Assembly (NCBI GenBank): GCA_951406725.2
Contig: OX597822.1
Span: 73,780,001 to 73,844,000 of the forward strand
DNA from: Octopus vulgaris
Lineage: Eukaryota
Reading direction: 5' to 3'
Length of the DNA stretch: 64,000 bases
In this document: one piece after another, positions 1 through 12,272 of the stretch
Numbering within the stretch: position 1 is the stretch's first letter
Layout: each line of letters starts with the position of its first letter
Position numbers and translations under genes: made by a program
Notes under the pieces: generated by a model
What the model was told of the DNA's origin: nothing
Database searches by the model: none
The model's input: the letters and a program-made list of their open reading frames with translations, nothing else

Positions 1-312
<312 letters not shown>

Positions 313-334
313 GCACACACACATATATAATGTA

Positions 335-550
335 GAGAATATATGTTTATCGCCACTTCAATATGACTGTTCGATAGGAACCGATGTTACTACGGTTTTT
401 AACCCCAGGAGGATCCTCCTCCAGCTGGCTATCGAGGCAATCTGCACCCGATAACCAGCTGGAGGAGAATCCTCTTGACGTTAAAAACGTTATAGTAACG
501 TCGATTGCTATGGAACAGCCATGTTGAAGTGGCGATAAACTTTAGTTCTC
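335..550. mobile_element. Palindromic (foldback) MITE-like element
   Basis: Left arm gtttatcgccacttcaatatg...ctcctccagctggctatcg is the imperfect reverse complement of right arm cgataaccagctggaggag...catgttgaagtggcgataaac; short central loop near 440. Confidence 0.75.
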
Positions 551-729
551 AGTATAGTTGCTACTGTCATCTTTTATAAAGAGTTTCTAACTAGCTACTT
601 TGCTTGTAGAGAATATATTTATTTATTTCTTTATTTAAATATCACATACCTTACAAATGAACATGTGTTTCAATAGCTGTGTTTTGAGGGGTTGTTACGT
701 TCGTAAAGCACTTAATCTGTAATACAAAC

Positions 730-889
730 ACTCTCTCACACATTATTTACATTATTTACATTCGACGGATATTTGTCCTCATCTTGTTTGTTGTTAACAC
801 AACGTTTCGGTTGATATACCCTCCAACCTTCTTCAGGTGTCTTGGGTAAATTTCGAACCTGGGTTCTCATTCCTAAGGTATTTTTCGAA

Positions 890-948
<59 letters not shown>

Positions 949-1156
949 TATTATCATTATTATTAGCTTTCAGGTCACTGCTTGGAATCGAACTCGGAAT
1001 CTTGGGGTTAGTAGCCCGCACTCTTAACCACTACACCATATTCACTCCATAATTGCCCACGGGAATATGGCGTAGTGTTTAAGAGCGTGGGCTACTAACC
1101 CCAAGATTCCGAGTTCGATTCCAAGCAGTGCCCTAAACACTAATAATAATAATAAT

Positions 1157-1221
<65 letters not shown>

Positions 1222-1414
1222 CAACAACAACAACAACATCGAAAAATACCTTAGGAATGAGAACCCAGGTTCGAAATTTCCCCAAAACACCTGAAGAAGG
1301 CTGGAGGGTATATCAGCCGAAACGTTGTGTTGACAACAAACAAGATGAGGACAAATACCCGTCGAATGTAAATAATGTAAATAATGTAAATATAGAACTG
1401 TACTCTCTCACACA
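730..1414. mobile_element. tRNA-head/(AAT)n/hammerhead retroelement, head-to-head inverted pair with TSD
   Basis: Minus arm 743-1042 and plus arm 1055-1400; direct repeat actctctcacaca at 730-742 and 1402-1414. Confidence 0.85.
1286..1331 (+). ncRNA. Minimal type I hammerhead ribozyme motif (PLE-type), representative copy
   Basis: Stem I aacac/gtgtt; core CTGAAGA(A); stem II ggctg/cagcc; GAAAC-GTT with loopless palindromic stem III AACGTT. Confidence 0.7.
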
Positions 1415-1785
1415 CATATATAGATACATACACACACTCACACACAGACACACACACACACAGAGATAGTCATTCATGTAATCACATATATACTTGTGTA
1501 TCTATTTTGTTGACGTGTATCAAGAAAAGTCGATAAGGGAAACGACCAATCAGTGCGCTCAAACAGACGCAGCCGCGTCTTCTGCGTTTAGCCTAAAACC
1601 ATTCTTCAGGATGCTTTCGCATTATATATATGATAAGACATTTTCGGCATTTCTCTGTCTTTTGTCACTCAGTGGCAGTTACAAAGCTATTTTTCTCGCT
1701 CTAACGCGAGTTGAGCAAGGACATCGTAGAATTCACGACAAACCATTATGCAAATATTACGGTTGCATACTGTGTGCCGTACTCA

Positions 1786-1956
<171 letters not shown>

Positions 1957-2007
1957 TTACCTGTCTGAGATTGGCCTGCGGATGTACAGGGTTTTCAGGT
2001 GTGTTAC

Positions 2008-2541
2008 GATTCCTAACTTCATTATTTACATTATTTACATTTGACGGATATTTGTCCTCATCTTGTTTATTGTTCATACAACGTTTCAATGTTATTATTA
2101 TTGGTGATATGGTGGACCCGTTTGAAAGGGCTAAGGTCAGACACTTTCCTCTTTAGCCAAGGCCTCATCAACTTTTTCAAGTTTCACTTGAAAAGGAAGA
2201 TGAAAGTAGAGAGGGAAGTTTATTGAAAGGTGGGTGAATGTCGCAAGAATGGCCAGTATGAACGGACCAATTCTGAGGATACACCTGTGAGAATTAAAAA
2301 GAAATATAAAAGGAGAGAGGGGCTCTCTACCCACCTTTTGACCAGGCTCCCGTGGCTTTTATGGGTTTTTCCACGAGTAACCTTTCGAAGCGCCTCCCTC
2401 TATTGGGAGTTTTAATTGTTACTTACATTTCGTTGTTATCCTGCTTTTGTACACGGACTTTTTCAAACGGACAAAACCCTTTGTAACTTTCGTCCTGTGT
2501 TTTGTCCCTTTATGTTTTAATTGTGGCCAATAAACGAACGA

Positions 2542-2586
<45 letters not shown>

Positions 2587-2815
2587 ACAACGTTTCGACG
2601 TTATCGTTTTTTAATAATGACATCGAAAATTACCCTAGGAATGAGAACCCAGGTTCGAAATTTCCCCGAAACACCTGATGAAGGCTGGAGGGCATATCAG
2701 TCGAAACGTTGTGTTAACAACAAACAAGATGAGGACAAATATCCGTCGAATGCAAATAATGTAAATAATGTACATAATTCCTCATCTCTTAAATACAGAA
2801 GTGGACTCTTAACTT
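2008..2815. mobile_element. Hammerhead retroelement inverted pair with nested insertion
   Basis: Minus arm 2021-2087 and plus arm 2620-2803 (CTGATGA core at 2675); imperfect TSD gattcctaactt (2008-2019) / gactcttaactt (2804-2815). Confidence 0.7.
2100..2543 (+). mobile_element. 5'-truncated non-LTR retrotransposon 3' end, L1/Tx1-like
   Basis: Translation VIWWTRLKGL...LINFFKFHLKRKMKVERE, then (frameshift) ERWV, resembles an L1/Tx1 ORF2 C-terminus; T-rich 3'UTR and AATAAA; bounded by (TTA)n. Confidence 0.45.
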
Positions 2816-3155
2816 GCCTGAAAACTCTGTACATCTGCAGGCGAAACTGAGAGTAACAAGAGACCAACTGGACCAAAATAAGAATAATATCACTAATCTT
2901 TACTATGGCATTGAGTACTTTTTCTCCTGACAGTCAACACTTAACAGACATACGCACACACACACATCCACACATATGTGTATGTGTGTTTAAATAGAAT
3001 AAGATTGTAGCAAGTCAGCTTCTGATTCGCTTCTATGCATTTAACAGTATACGGCTATACAAGAAGCTTTCTCGAGGCGAATACTTCAGTTTTGCATCTT
3101 TCTATAGAATATCCACAGTAAGACATACAGAATTATATATATATATATATATATT

Positions 3156-3496
3156 AAAGGGTAAAGACCCCCTTCGGTCATGAATGACCATGGGATTGCA
3201 CCTAGAAAGTTACTCTCCTAGACACAAGTCCGGTCAAGGTTGTTTATGGAAGACCAGCAGTCGCCCATGCATACCAGCCTCCCCTCTCCACGCCACCAGT
3301 GTTATCCAAGGGAAAGACAAAGGTCGATACAGCTTGGCACCAGTGACGTCGCAACTCATTTCTACAGCTGAGTGAACTGGAGCAACGTGAAAATAAAGTG
3401 CCTTGCTCAAGAACACAACACGCAGCCCGGTCCGGGATTCGAACTCACAACCTCACGATCGTAAGCTCGACGCTCTTACCACTGAGCCATGCGCCT

Positions 3497-3500
<4 letters not shown>
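3156..3500 (-). mobile_element. tRNA-derived SINE (family C), inserted in (TA)n
   Basis: Minus strand A box TGGCTCAGTGG and B box GAGTTCGAATCC, followed by the tgtgttcttgagcaag...ctccagttcactcagctg domain shared with 29935, 46517 and 7835. Confidence 0.8.
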
Positions 3501-3548
<48 letters not shown>

Positions 3549-4143
3549 GAGAGGGGGGGGATGAAGAAGAAGAAGAAGAAGAAGAAGAAGAAGAAGAAGA
3601 AGAAGAAGAAGAAGAAGAAGAAGAAGAAGAAGAAGAAGAATAAGAAGAGTTTAGGTTACTAGTAGCCTAAACTAATAGGCATGCGGTGTGAGTGCTACAG
3701 TTGATAAGATCCAAGTTCATAACGGAGTATGGAGGTGTGATAGCCACTGTCCAGTAGGGAGAGAACCAGCGATCCGCAGCCTACTGCAAAATTATATATG
3801 TGTATGTGTGTGTGCGTGTGTGTGTGTGTGTGTGTGTAAATTTAAGATTCAAGGATCTTATATCATAGTGATTTAATCGAAAGTGGAGTCGAACACCGTT
3901 CCTCCATGCGATCGGCTTGAGCAATTTTTAAGATATTAAGATGTTTTCTTAACACAAAACCGAATGTAGCCTTAATACACAGATATAGAAATTTTTATCC
4001 TTTCATTCTCATTGTTCGACATATATATGGCAAAAGAGACTGATGGAATAGGTACCAGATATTAAAAAATGCAGTGGGATCGATTCGTTCAATTAAATTC
4101 CAGCATGGTCGCAGTCTAATGACTGATGCAAGTAAAAGGTGAA

Positions 4144-4182
<39 letters not shown>

Positions 4183-4434
4183 CAAAACTAGACACCAATA
4201 CTAAGCGTAATCTAAGTTTAACACACTAACACACACACACACACACATACACACACACATACACACACTCAAACACACATATATATAGCTGTATACGTGT
4301 GCCAAGTTATATGTATGCATATATGTATGTATGTCATTATTCAGTTTTATTTCAAGATTTCTTGCCAATAGAGAAAGAACTGGTTTCTAACCTAGATCCA
4401 AGGCAATTTCAATATCAACAACAGGGTATTTTTG

Positions 4435-4468
<34 letters not shown>

Positions 4469-5175
4469 TGTATGTATGTATGTATGTATGTATGTATGTA
4501 TGTATGTATATGTGAAGATTTGTATGTTTTGCATAATGTATGTATTCTCATGCATATAGTTGCATATCTAGACATGCTCATATATATTTAAATGATAAAC
4601 TTCGGGAAAGTTTCACAGATCTTCACTGTTCCAGTGATGGATTGGATCTGTGGTCTTCGACTTAGATTTTTCCTTTCTCGTTCTAAGAAGCCTAATTTCT
4701 CAAGATTGGTATTTAGGCAGTCTGTTACATATCCCAGGGGCCAAAATAATTACATGTATAAACCTGAACTTGTAATCTAAATAGAGTAACAGGGAATTTC
4801 TCAATAGTTCAGAGGAGGTAATCTCTTTTTCACCGATGTATGTATGTATGTATGTATGAAAAACGAATTTTTTCCACTACGCTTTATTTTTATAGCGATT
4901 ATTTCATTTTCACCTTAATTAATTTTTCTGTGTTTATTTAAAATGATCTTATAAGAATTTACTGAAAATGCTCTATGCATTCTCCCTATTCCAGCAGTTA
5001 ATAAGAATTTATTTCCACCATTCCCCTATCCTTTCGTACTCTTTAATCCACCTTCTCTCTTTCTCTTCACTCCACATCTCAAATGTTCTGTACCATACGC
5101 ATGCCTATCAACATTAAATGGCATGCAACTCTATCAGAATAAACACTCTCTTCTATTCCATTCCCTAACACTTAA

Positions 5176-5211
<36 letters not shown>

Positions 5212-5388
5212 ATGGATGTGTGTGAGTGTGTGTCGATATATGTATATATATATATATAGAAAGAGAGAGAGAGAGAGAGAGAGAGAACGAGAAAGGAGAG
5301 ACTACATGCCTGTAAGTATCTCACACACAAAAATACACCCTTATACATGCATATATATTATTGTAAGTGTGTCTATCTGTGTATCTAT

Positions 5389-5458
<70 letters not shown>

Positions 5459-5515
5459 GTCTGTCTATCGGTCTGTCGAAGAAACGATAAACAAACTACT
5501 TATATGTTTATGTGT

Positions 5516-5702
5516 ACCGTTGGCGATTTTTTTTCCTCTGTCTTCCCTTCTCTGGATCTTTCCTTCTCCTATGTTTCCGACGAAGAGCTCCGCTCGAAAC
5601 GTTAAACCCTCCTTCTTTCCTTCTTTCCTGAGCGTCCAATAACACTATATTTGTTCCACGCCCTCGCGTTGTTGTGTTTTTTGTGCTTTCTTGTTTGGAT
5701 TA

Positions 5703-5707
<5 letters not shown>
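5516..5707 (+). mobile_element. PLE-like terminal fragment with variant hammerhead (5573-5607)
   Basis: gttt-CCGACGA-A-gagc(tcc)gctc-GAAACGTT-aaac; homologous to 21140-21331; ends in (TA)n. Confidence 0.55.
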
Positions 5708-5784
<77 letters not shown>

Positions 5785-5785
<1 letters not shown>

Positions 5786-6007
5786 TCTTTACTCTTTACT
5801 CTTTTACTCTTTTACTTGTTTCAGTCATTTGACTGCGGCCATGCTGGAGCACCACCTTTAGTCAAGCAACTCGACCCCGGGACTTATTCTTTGGAAGTCC
5901 AGTACTTATTCTATCGGTCTCTTTTGCCGAACCGCTAAGTAACGGGGACGTAAACACACCAGCATCGGTTGTCAAGCAATGCTAGGGGGACAAACACAGA
6001 TACACAA

Positions 6008-6038
<31 letters not shown>

Positions 6039-6195
6039 CATATATACGACAGGCCTCTTTCAGTTTCCGTCTGCCAAATCCACTCACAAGGCATTGGTCG
6101 GCCCGGGGCTATAGCAGAAGACACTTGCCCAAAATGCCACGCAGTGGGACTGAACCCGGAACCATGTGGTTGGTTAGCAAGCTACTTACCACACA
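5785..6195 (-). mobile_element. tRNA-derived SINE (family A), near full length
   Basis: Matches the multicopy consensus ggcgcaggagtggctgtgtggtaag...gggttcagtcccactgcgtggcaccttgggcaagtg, with an internal (TA)/(TG) tract and (AAAGAGT)n tail. Confidence 0.9.
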
Positions 6196-6257
6196 TATAA
6201 ACATATAAGTAGTTTGTTTATCGTTCCTTCGACAGACCGACAGACACACAGATAGAC

Positions 6258-6300
<43 letters not shown>

Positions 6301-6317
6301 CAGGCTGGCAGGCAGAC

Positions 6318-6348
<31 letters not shown>

Positions 6349-6359
6349 GATAGATAGAC

Positions 6360-6428
<69 letters not shown>

Positions 6429-6474
6429 AATTGCTTATACTTCTACAATACATTTATTAAAATGATAACATTCA

Positions 6475-6745
6475 ATTATAAAAATATACATTGTTTACAA
6501 TGGACGGATCGGTCTCCTCACTTTTTTTGTTGTTACCACAACGTTTCAGCTGTTGTATTTTCCAGCCTTAATCAGGTGTTTTGGTGAAATATCAAATCCA
6601 ATCAGGACACCTGATGAAGGCTGGAAAATACAACAGCCGAAACGTTGTGGTAACAACAAACAAGGTGAGGACACCGATCCGTCCATTGTAAACAATGTAC
6701 AAAATTTCTCATCTCAAAAATATAGAATAGTATTATGAAGATATA
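6475..6745. mobile_element. Divergent subfamily of the hammerhead retroelement, inverted pair
   Basis: Minus arm 6489-6590 and plus arm 6604-6730 with cac-CTGATGA-A-ggctg..cagcc-GAAACGTT-gtg; imperfect TSD attataaaaatata / attatgaagatata. Confidence 0.7.
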
Positions 6746-7140
6746 GTAAGAGGTCCAGTAGAATAGAGGAGGAATCAAAAGACTACCATAGGTTAAAAAA
6801 AGAAAAAGATGGTTGAGAATCACTGCATTAGTCGAACAAATTGGTCCAAATACATTTTTCTGTTTCTTTTCTTTTTTTTTTTGATGTGGTACTTACTCTA
6901 TCGGTCTCTTTTGCCGAACTGCTAAGTTACGGAGATGCACACAAGCTAACACAAGCTGTGCTGTCGGGGAAGGCTCAAAACCAAACACAGACACGTACAC
7001 ACACACACATACACACACATATGTATGTGTGTGTGTGTGTGTATTTATTTATATGTATACATGCATATATGTATGCATATACATATGTATATATGAAATA
7101 TATGTATGTATAATATATAATATATATATATATATATATA

Positions 7141-7175
<35 letters not shown>

Positions 7176-7188
7176 GTCTGTGTGTATA

Positions 7189-7230
<42 letters not shown>

Positions 7231-7246
7231 CATACATACATACATG

Positions 7247-7277
<31 letters not shown>

Positions 7278-8515
7278 GCATACCTATATGAATACACGAT
7301 GGTGTTTCATACTATTTCCCTCTACCAAATTTACTCACAAGGCATTAGTGAACCCTTGGCTATAGTAAAAGACACTTGCCCAAGGTGTGCCGCACAGTGG
7401 GACTGAACCTGAAACCACGTGGTTGCAAAGCGAGCCTCTTAACCACACAGCCATTCCCCCCTCCTCTCTCTCTCTCTCTCTCTCCTTTGAAGTATTCTCT
7501 TCATTCCGTCTTTTTATCCTTCTGTTCCTTTTTCTTTTTTTTTTGTTTTCATCGTCTGCCTTTCGTTTACGTAATAATACCTTGTTTAACGGGGTCATGT
7601 TTATAAGTGGGTCACCAGTCTCTCCACTTAGACGCACAATAAACTACAAACTGCACCAAAAACAGTTCCCTAAGCACCATCACAAGTGTACACAGGCCAC
7701 ACCTACAGAACGGAGTAAAAATAGTTAATAGAATTTATATATGGAGCATAGTTTGTCACCAGCAACAAACTTCGACTCATACATTTCATGCCACTACATG
7801 GAAATTCATCCCCAAATATCCAGATATACACCATGGCTCACTAGCTAGAGCTTGAGGCCCACAATCATGAAGTTGGAGGTTCGATTCTGGGACCGGGTTG
7901 CGTGTTGTGTTCTTAAGCAAGACACGTTGTTTCACATTGCACCAGTTCACTCAGCTGTGGAAATGAGGTGTGGGGCCAAGCTATATTGGCCTTTGCCTTT
8001 CCCTTCCGTCGGCTTGACTCTATAGTAGAAGAAAAGTGCCAAATGTGGCACGCAGAGGGACTGAACCCAGAATCGTCCGATTGGGAAGCAAGCTTTGTAC
8101 AACAGAGCCACACCAGTGCCTGTAGACATTTTTTAATCCACTTTTCAGAAGTTCATGAAGAAACAAAAATAGGATGTGTAAATTATCCGAAACTCCGCTC
8201 TATCCCACTCCGATAAAAGATTTTCGCCTACAAATTCCGATAAAACCCTCATCTACGTCATCTAAAATATATCTATGGAAAATTTCATTGAAAAAAATCT
8301 GCATTTTTCAAAAAAGTTAAAAAGAAAAAAATGTGAGCGGGATGGGGGCATACATCTGTAGATGTGCCAAAAACATTATCTGCTCCATTCATCTCAGACA
8401 AACGAGCTACACGTTCAAGCAGAAAAACTGCAATATTAATAGCCCCAAGTGCTGTGCAAAGATGCACAGCACTAGCATAGATTGCAGAAGAATAGCTAGG
8501 AACTGCTATATTTCT

Positions 8516-8688
8516 AACTGAATCAGCTTTATTTACATTATTTACATTATTTACATTCGACGGATATTTGTCCTCATCTTGTTTGTTGTTAGCACAACGT
8601 TTCGGCTGATATACCCTCCAGCCTTCTTCGGGTGTCTTGGGGAAATTTCGAACCGGGGTTCTCATTCCTGAGGTATTTTTCGATGTTG

Positions 8689-8747
<59 letters not shown>

Positions 8748-8931
8748 GTTGTTGGTGGTGTTGTTGTTGTTCAGGTCACTGCTTGGAATCGAACTCGGAA
8801 TCTTGGGGGTTAGCAACCCGCGCTCTTAACCACTACGCCATATGCCCGTGGGCATATCCGCCGAATGTAAATAATGTAAATAATGTGCATAATAATTCCT
8901 CATCTCTTAAATATAGAACTGAATCAGCTTT
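8516..8931. mobile_element. Hammerhead retroelement: full minus arm plus short inverted tail arm, with TSD
   Basis: Minus arm 8531-8853 (module, (TTA)n, tRNA head 8770-8853); plus tail arm 8854-8921; aactgaatcagcttt at 8516-8530 and 8917-8931. Confidence 0.85.
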
Positions 8932-9420
8932 GTTCGGCTGCCCTGTGGATACAACGAGAATCTGCGAGCAGAGAGAAATTTTCTGGACGGTGGAGAAGTA
9001 CAATGAGTCCGAATATTGGAAAAACAACAAAGTTGTAGTCTAACGATTCGTCCGACCCATGCCGTTATGGAAAAACGGATGTAAAATAATGATTGAGTGG
9101 TGTGTATGTGTGTGTGTATGTATGTGTGTATGTACATTGACATACATACATACATACATACATATGCTATAAATATACTCATACATATATGTACACACAT
9201 ACACACACACACACACACATACATACATACACAAACACACGCGAGCACAAACAATGTAAATGTATATGTATATGTACAATGTGTGTGTGTGTGTGCCTGT
9301 GTGTGTGTGCGTGTGTGTGTGTGCGTGTGTGTGTGTGCGTGTGTGTGTGTATTTACACATACACAGTATATAGAGAAAGGGGGAGGAACGATAAACAAAC
9401 TACTTAGATGATTACATATA

Positions 9421-9466
<46 letters not shown>

Positions 9467-10077
9467 TATATAAACGCATGCTATATATATGCACACTTCA
9501 CTTACATGTGTGCGTATATACACGTACGCACACACATATACACACGCACACAAACACACGCGCGCGCGCGCACGCACCCAACCCCCCTCACACACACACA
9601 GTGTAACCACAGAGTACAATTACATGATTCAAGAACGATTGCTTGCAGACATATGTACATAAAATCACACGTGTTTATTATATACACAGGCTAAGGAGAG
9701 CCCTTTAAGAAAAGTACTAGTTTTAGGGTCTGTGACTGTTAGGACCTCTACCTGGCAGCGAATACTTCGTTCGCTGTAGTTGCAAAACAAGCATCGTAAA
9801 ACTTCTCAGAGGCTACGAGATAAACACTCACCACCACCACCACCACCACTACAGCCGCCGCCGCCGTCATCACCCTCATTACAAACAACGACGACGATAA
9901 TAATGACGAACCAAGCAGGGACGCCTTTATATGGCCGCCCGCGATATGCTAGAAATAGCAGACAAATTGCCGTCCATTCACGCCTGGCTTTCTTAAATCA
10001 CTCCTCTTAAAATCATGCCCTTCAAAAAAGGCCTTGACGACGGCTCTATCGATCCTTTTATTCTTTTACTTGCGCCA

Positions 10078-10161
<84 letters not shown>

Positions 10162-10185
10162 TTGTCTGTCTGTCTGTCTGTCACT

Positions 10186-10251
<66 letters not shown>

Positions 10252-10508
10252 GTCTATCTATCTAGAAGAACTGGAACGAGATAACGAGTAGGTTGGTCAC
10301 TCCCGCCCGGCAATGGACACGTACATCGTGCCTTGTCCCGACCCTACCATCATGAAACTAGAAGGCATTCTCTTCCTCTTCTTCTTGTAAGGATGCGTTC
10401 CAATGGTCAGGCGATCCGTTTGCTGCCAGCACCCGTTAAAATGAGGGCTGGGCATGCCGTGGTTGATGATGCGCAGAGGTTTAGGTGAACAAATCAACCC
10501 AGTCAACT

Positions 10509-10857
10509 CTTTTACTGGTTTCAGTCATTTGACTCTGGCCATACTGGAGCACCGCCTTACTTTATTTTTAAAGTTTAGTAGTTATTCTATCGAGTCTTTT
10601 TTCCGAACTTCTAAATTACGAGGACGTAAACATACCAACACCGGTTGCCAAGCGATGGTGGAGGATAAACACACACACAATCACCTATACACACTGACAC
10701 ATATATACATATACGACAGGCTTCTTTCAGTTTCCGTCTACCAAATCCACTCACAAGGCTCTAGTAAAAGACACTTGCCCAAGGCGCCACGCAGTGGGAC
10801 TGAACCTGGAACCATGTGGTTGGAAAGCGAGCTTCTTACCACACAGCCACGCCTGTG
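10509..10857 (-). mobile_element. SINE family A, diverged copy
   Basis: Similarity to the family A consensus. Confidence 0.8.
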
Positions 10858-10863
10858 CCTATA

Positions 10864-10935
<72 letters not shown>

Positions 10936-11234
10936 AATATGAAGGCATCAATCCGTGGAAAAAATTCCAAAGATGAGACACTGGAGGAACCCGGAATCCT
11001 GTCGAAACCGCCTTATCCATGCGAACGTATATATATATATATGTATATACATGCATGCATGCATATATATATATATACATACATGCATGCATGCATATAT
11101 ATATACATACATGCATGCATGCATATATATATACATACATGTATGCATGCAAATATACTGATCATACAACATGAAACAAAGAACCTTGAGTGATCGGTAA
11201 CGAAATCAGTAAGAATTACACACATCTCTCTCTT

Positions 11235-11266
<32 letters not shown>

Positions 11267-11454
11267 GCGCGCGCACACATATACATGCATACATACATAC
11301 TTACATACATACACGCACACACACATATGTACACAAAAGTTATACGTATTTAATCCGGTTCAGCTGGTTTTGCCCTTAACTCTATCTCAATCTTTCTCTC
11401 TCACTCACAATTCCGAGAAAAAGGAAGCTACACGTGTTAAAGACTTAACTTTTT

Positions 11455-11455
<1 letters not shown>

Positions 11456-11486
<31 letters not shown>

Positions 11487-11930
11487 GAACATTCATCATC
11501 GTTATCAACATCGTCGTCATCATCATCATCATCATCGTCATCGTCGTCGTCATCATCATCATCATCGTCGTTCCTTATCAACTGTTACGACCATCATATT
11601 CATATATTTCTTACTACTACGACTACTACAACCATTACTACTATCACTACCACCACTAATACTACCATCACCGCTACTACCACAACCACCACCGGTACCC
11701 CAACTACTGCTACAACTACTACTACTACAATTTATAACCCCTACCAATCTGCTGCTATGCTAGATTAGGTTTATGCAGGTGTGTTGCGATTATTTTGGTC
11801 CTATCCTTATCGCAAGACCACCACCACCACCGCACCCTCTAACACTACCATCAACCCCACACCCACACGAATAAGAACAACAACCTCCACTACCACCACC
11901 GCCATCTTCCCCACTGCTATTCCTACCATA
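11456..11930. repeat. (CAT)n and degenerate (ACT/ACC)n trinucleotide low-complexity tract
   Basis: Direct reading. Confidence 0.85.
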
Positions 11931-12037
11931 ATAACATTAGTTCTTGATCCAAAGAGGGAGCCTCGTCGCGGGGTTCGATCTACTAGCACGGCAGATAAAT
12001 CTCCTAGGGCTTAAAGCACATAAGGCCGATTACACAT

Positions 12038-12272
12038 AAGGCGGCGAGCTGGCAGAGACGTTAGCACGACGGGCCAAATGCGTAGCCGTATTTCGTCTGC
12101 CGTTACGTTCTGAGTTCAAATTCCGCCGAGGTCGACTTTGCCTTTCATCCTTTCGGGGTCGATTAAATAAGTACCAGTTACGCACTGGGATCGATATAAT
12201 CGACTTAATCCGTTTGTCTGTCCTTATTTGTCCCCTCAGTGTTTAGCCCCTTGTGAGTAGTAAAGAAATAGA
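12038..12272 (+). mobile_element. tRNA-derived SINE (family B), long-tail variant
   Basis: aggcggcgagctggcaga head; B box GAGTTCAAAT; central gtcgactttgcctttcatcctttcggggtcgat...agtacc domain resembling the Deu/Nin-type SINE central domain. Confidence 0.85.

Noticed and set aside
1055-1135. Apparent tRNA gene with an ACT anticodon loop
   Set aside because: Acceptor and T stems pair poorly and it is fused to (AAT)n in every copy; it is a retroelement head.
1257-1469. Recurring peptide MRTQVRNFPKTPEEGWRVYQPKRCVNNKQDEDKYPSNVNNVNN in many ORFs
   Set aside because: It is a translation of the repeated hammerhead module; conservation follows RNA structure and the frames run into microsatellites.
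10290-10500. GC-richer unique stretch as a possible downstream exon
   Set aside because: No frame gives a recognisable Cys-box/WAP/FnIII continuation and there is no convincing splice pair.
11190-11768. His/Ser/Thr-rich mucin-like ORF
   Set aside because: Trinucleotide low-complexity sequence with no splice or domain support.
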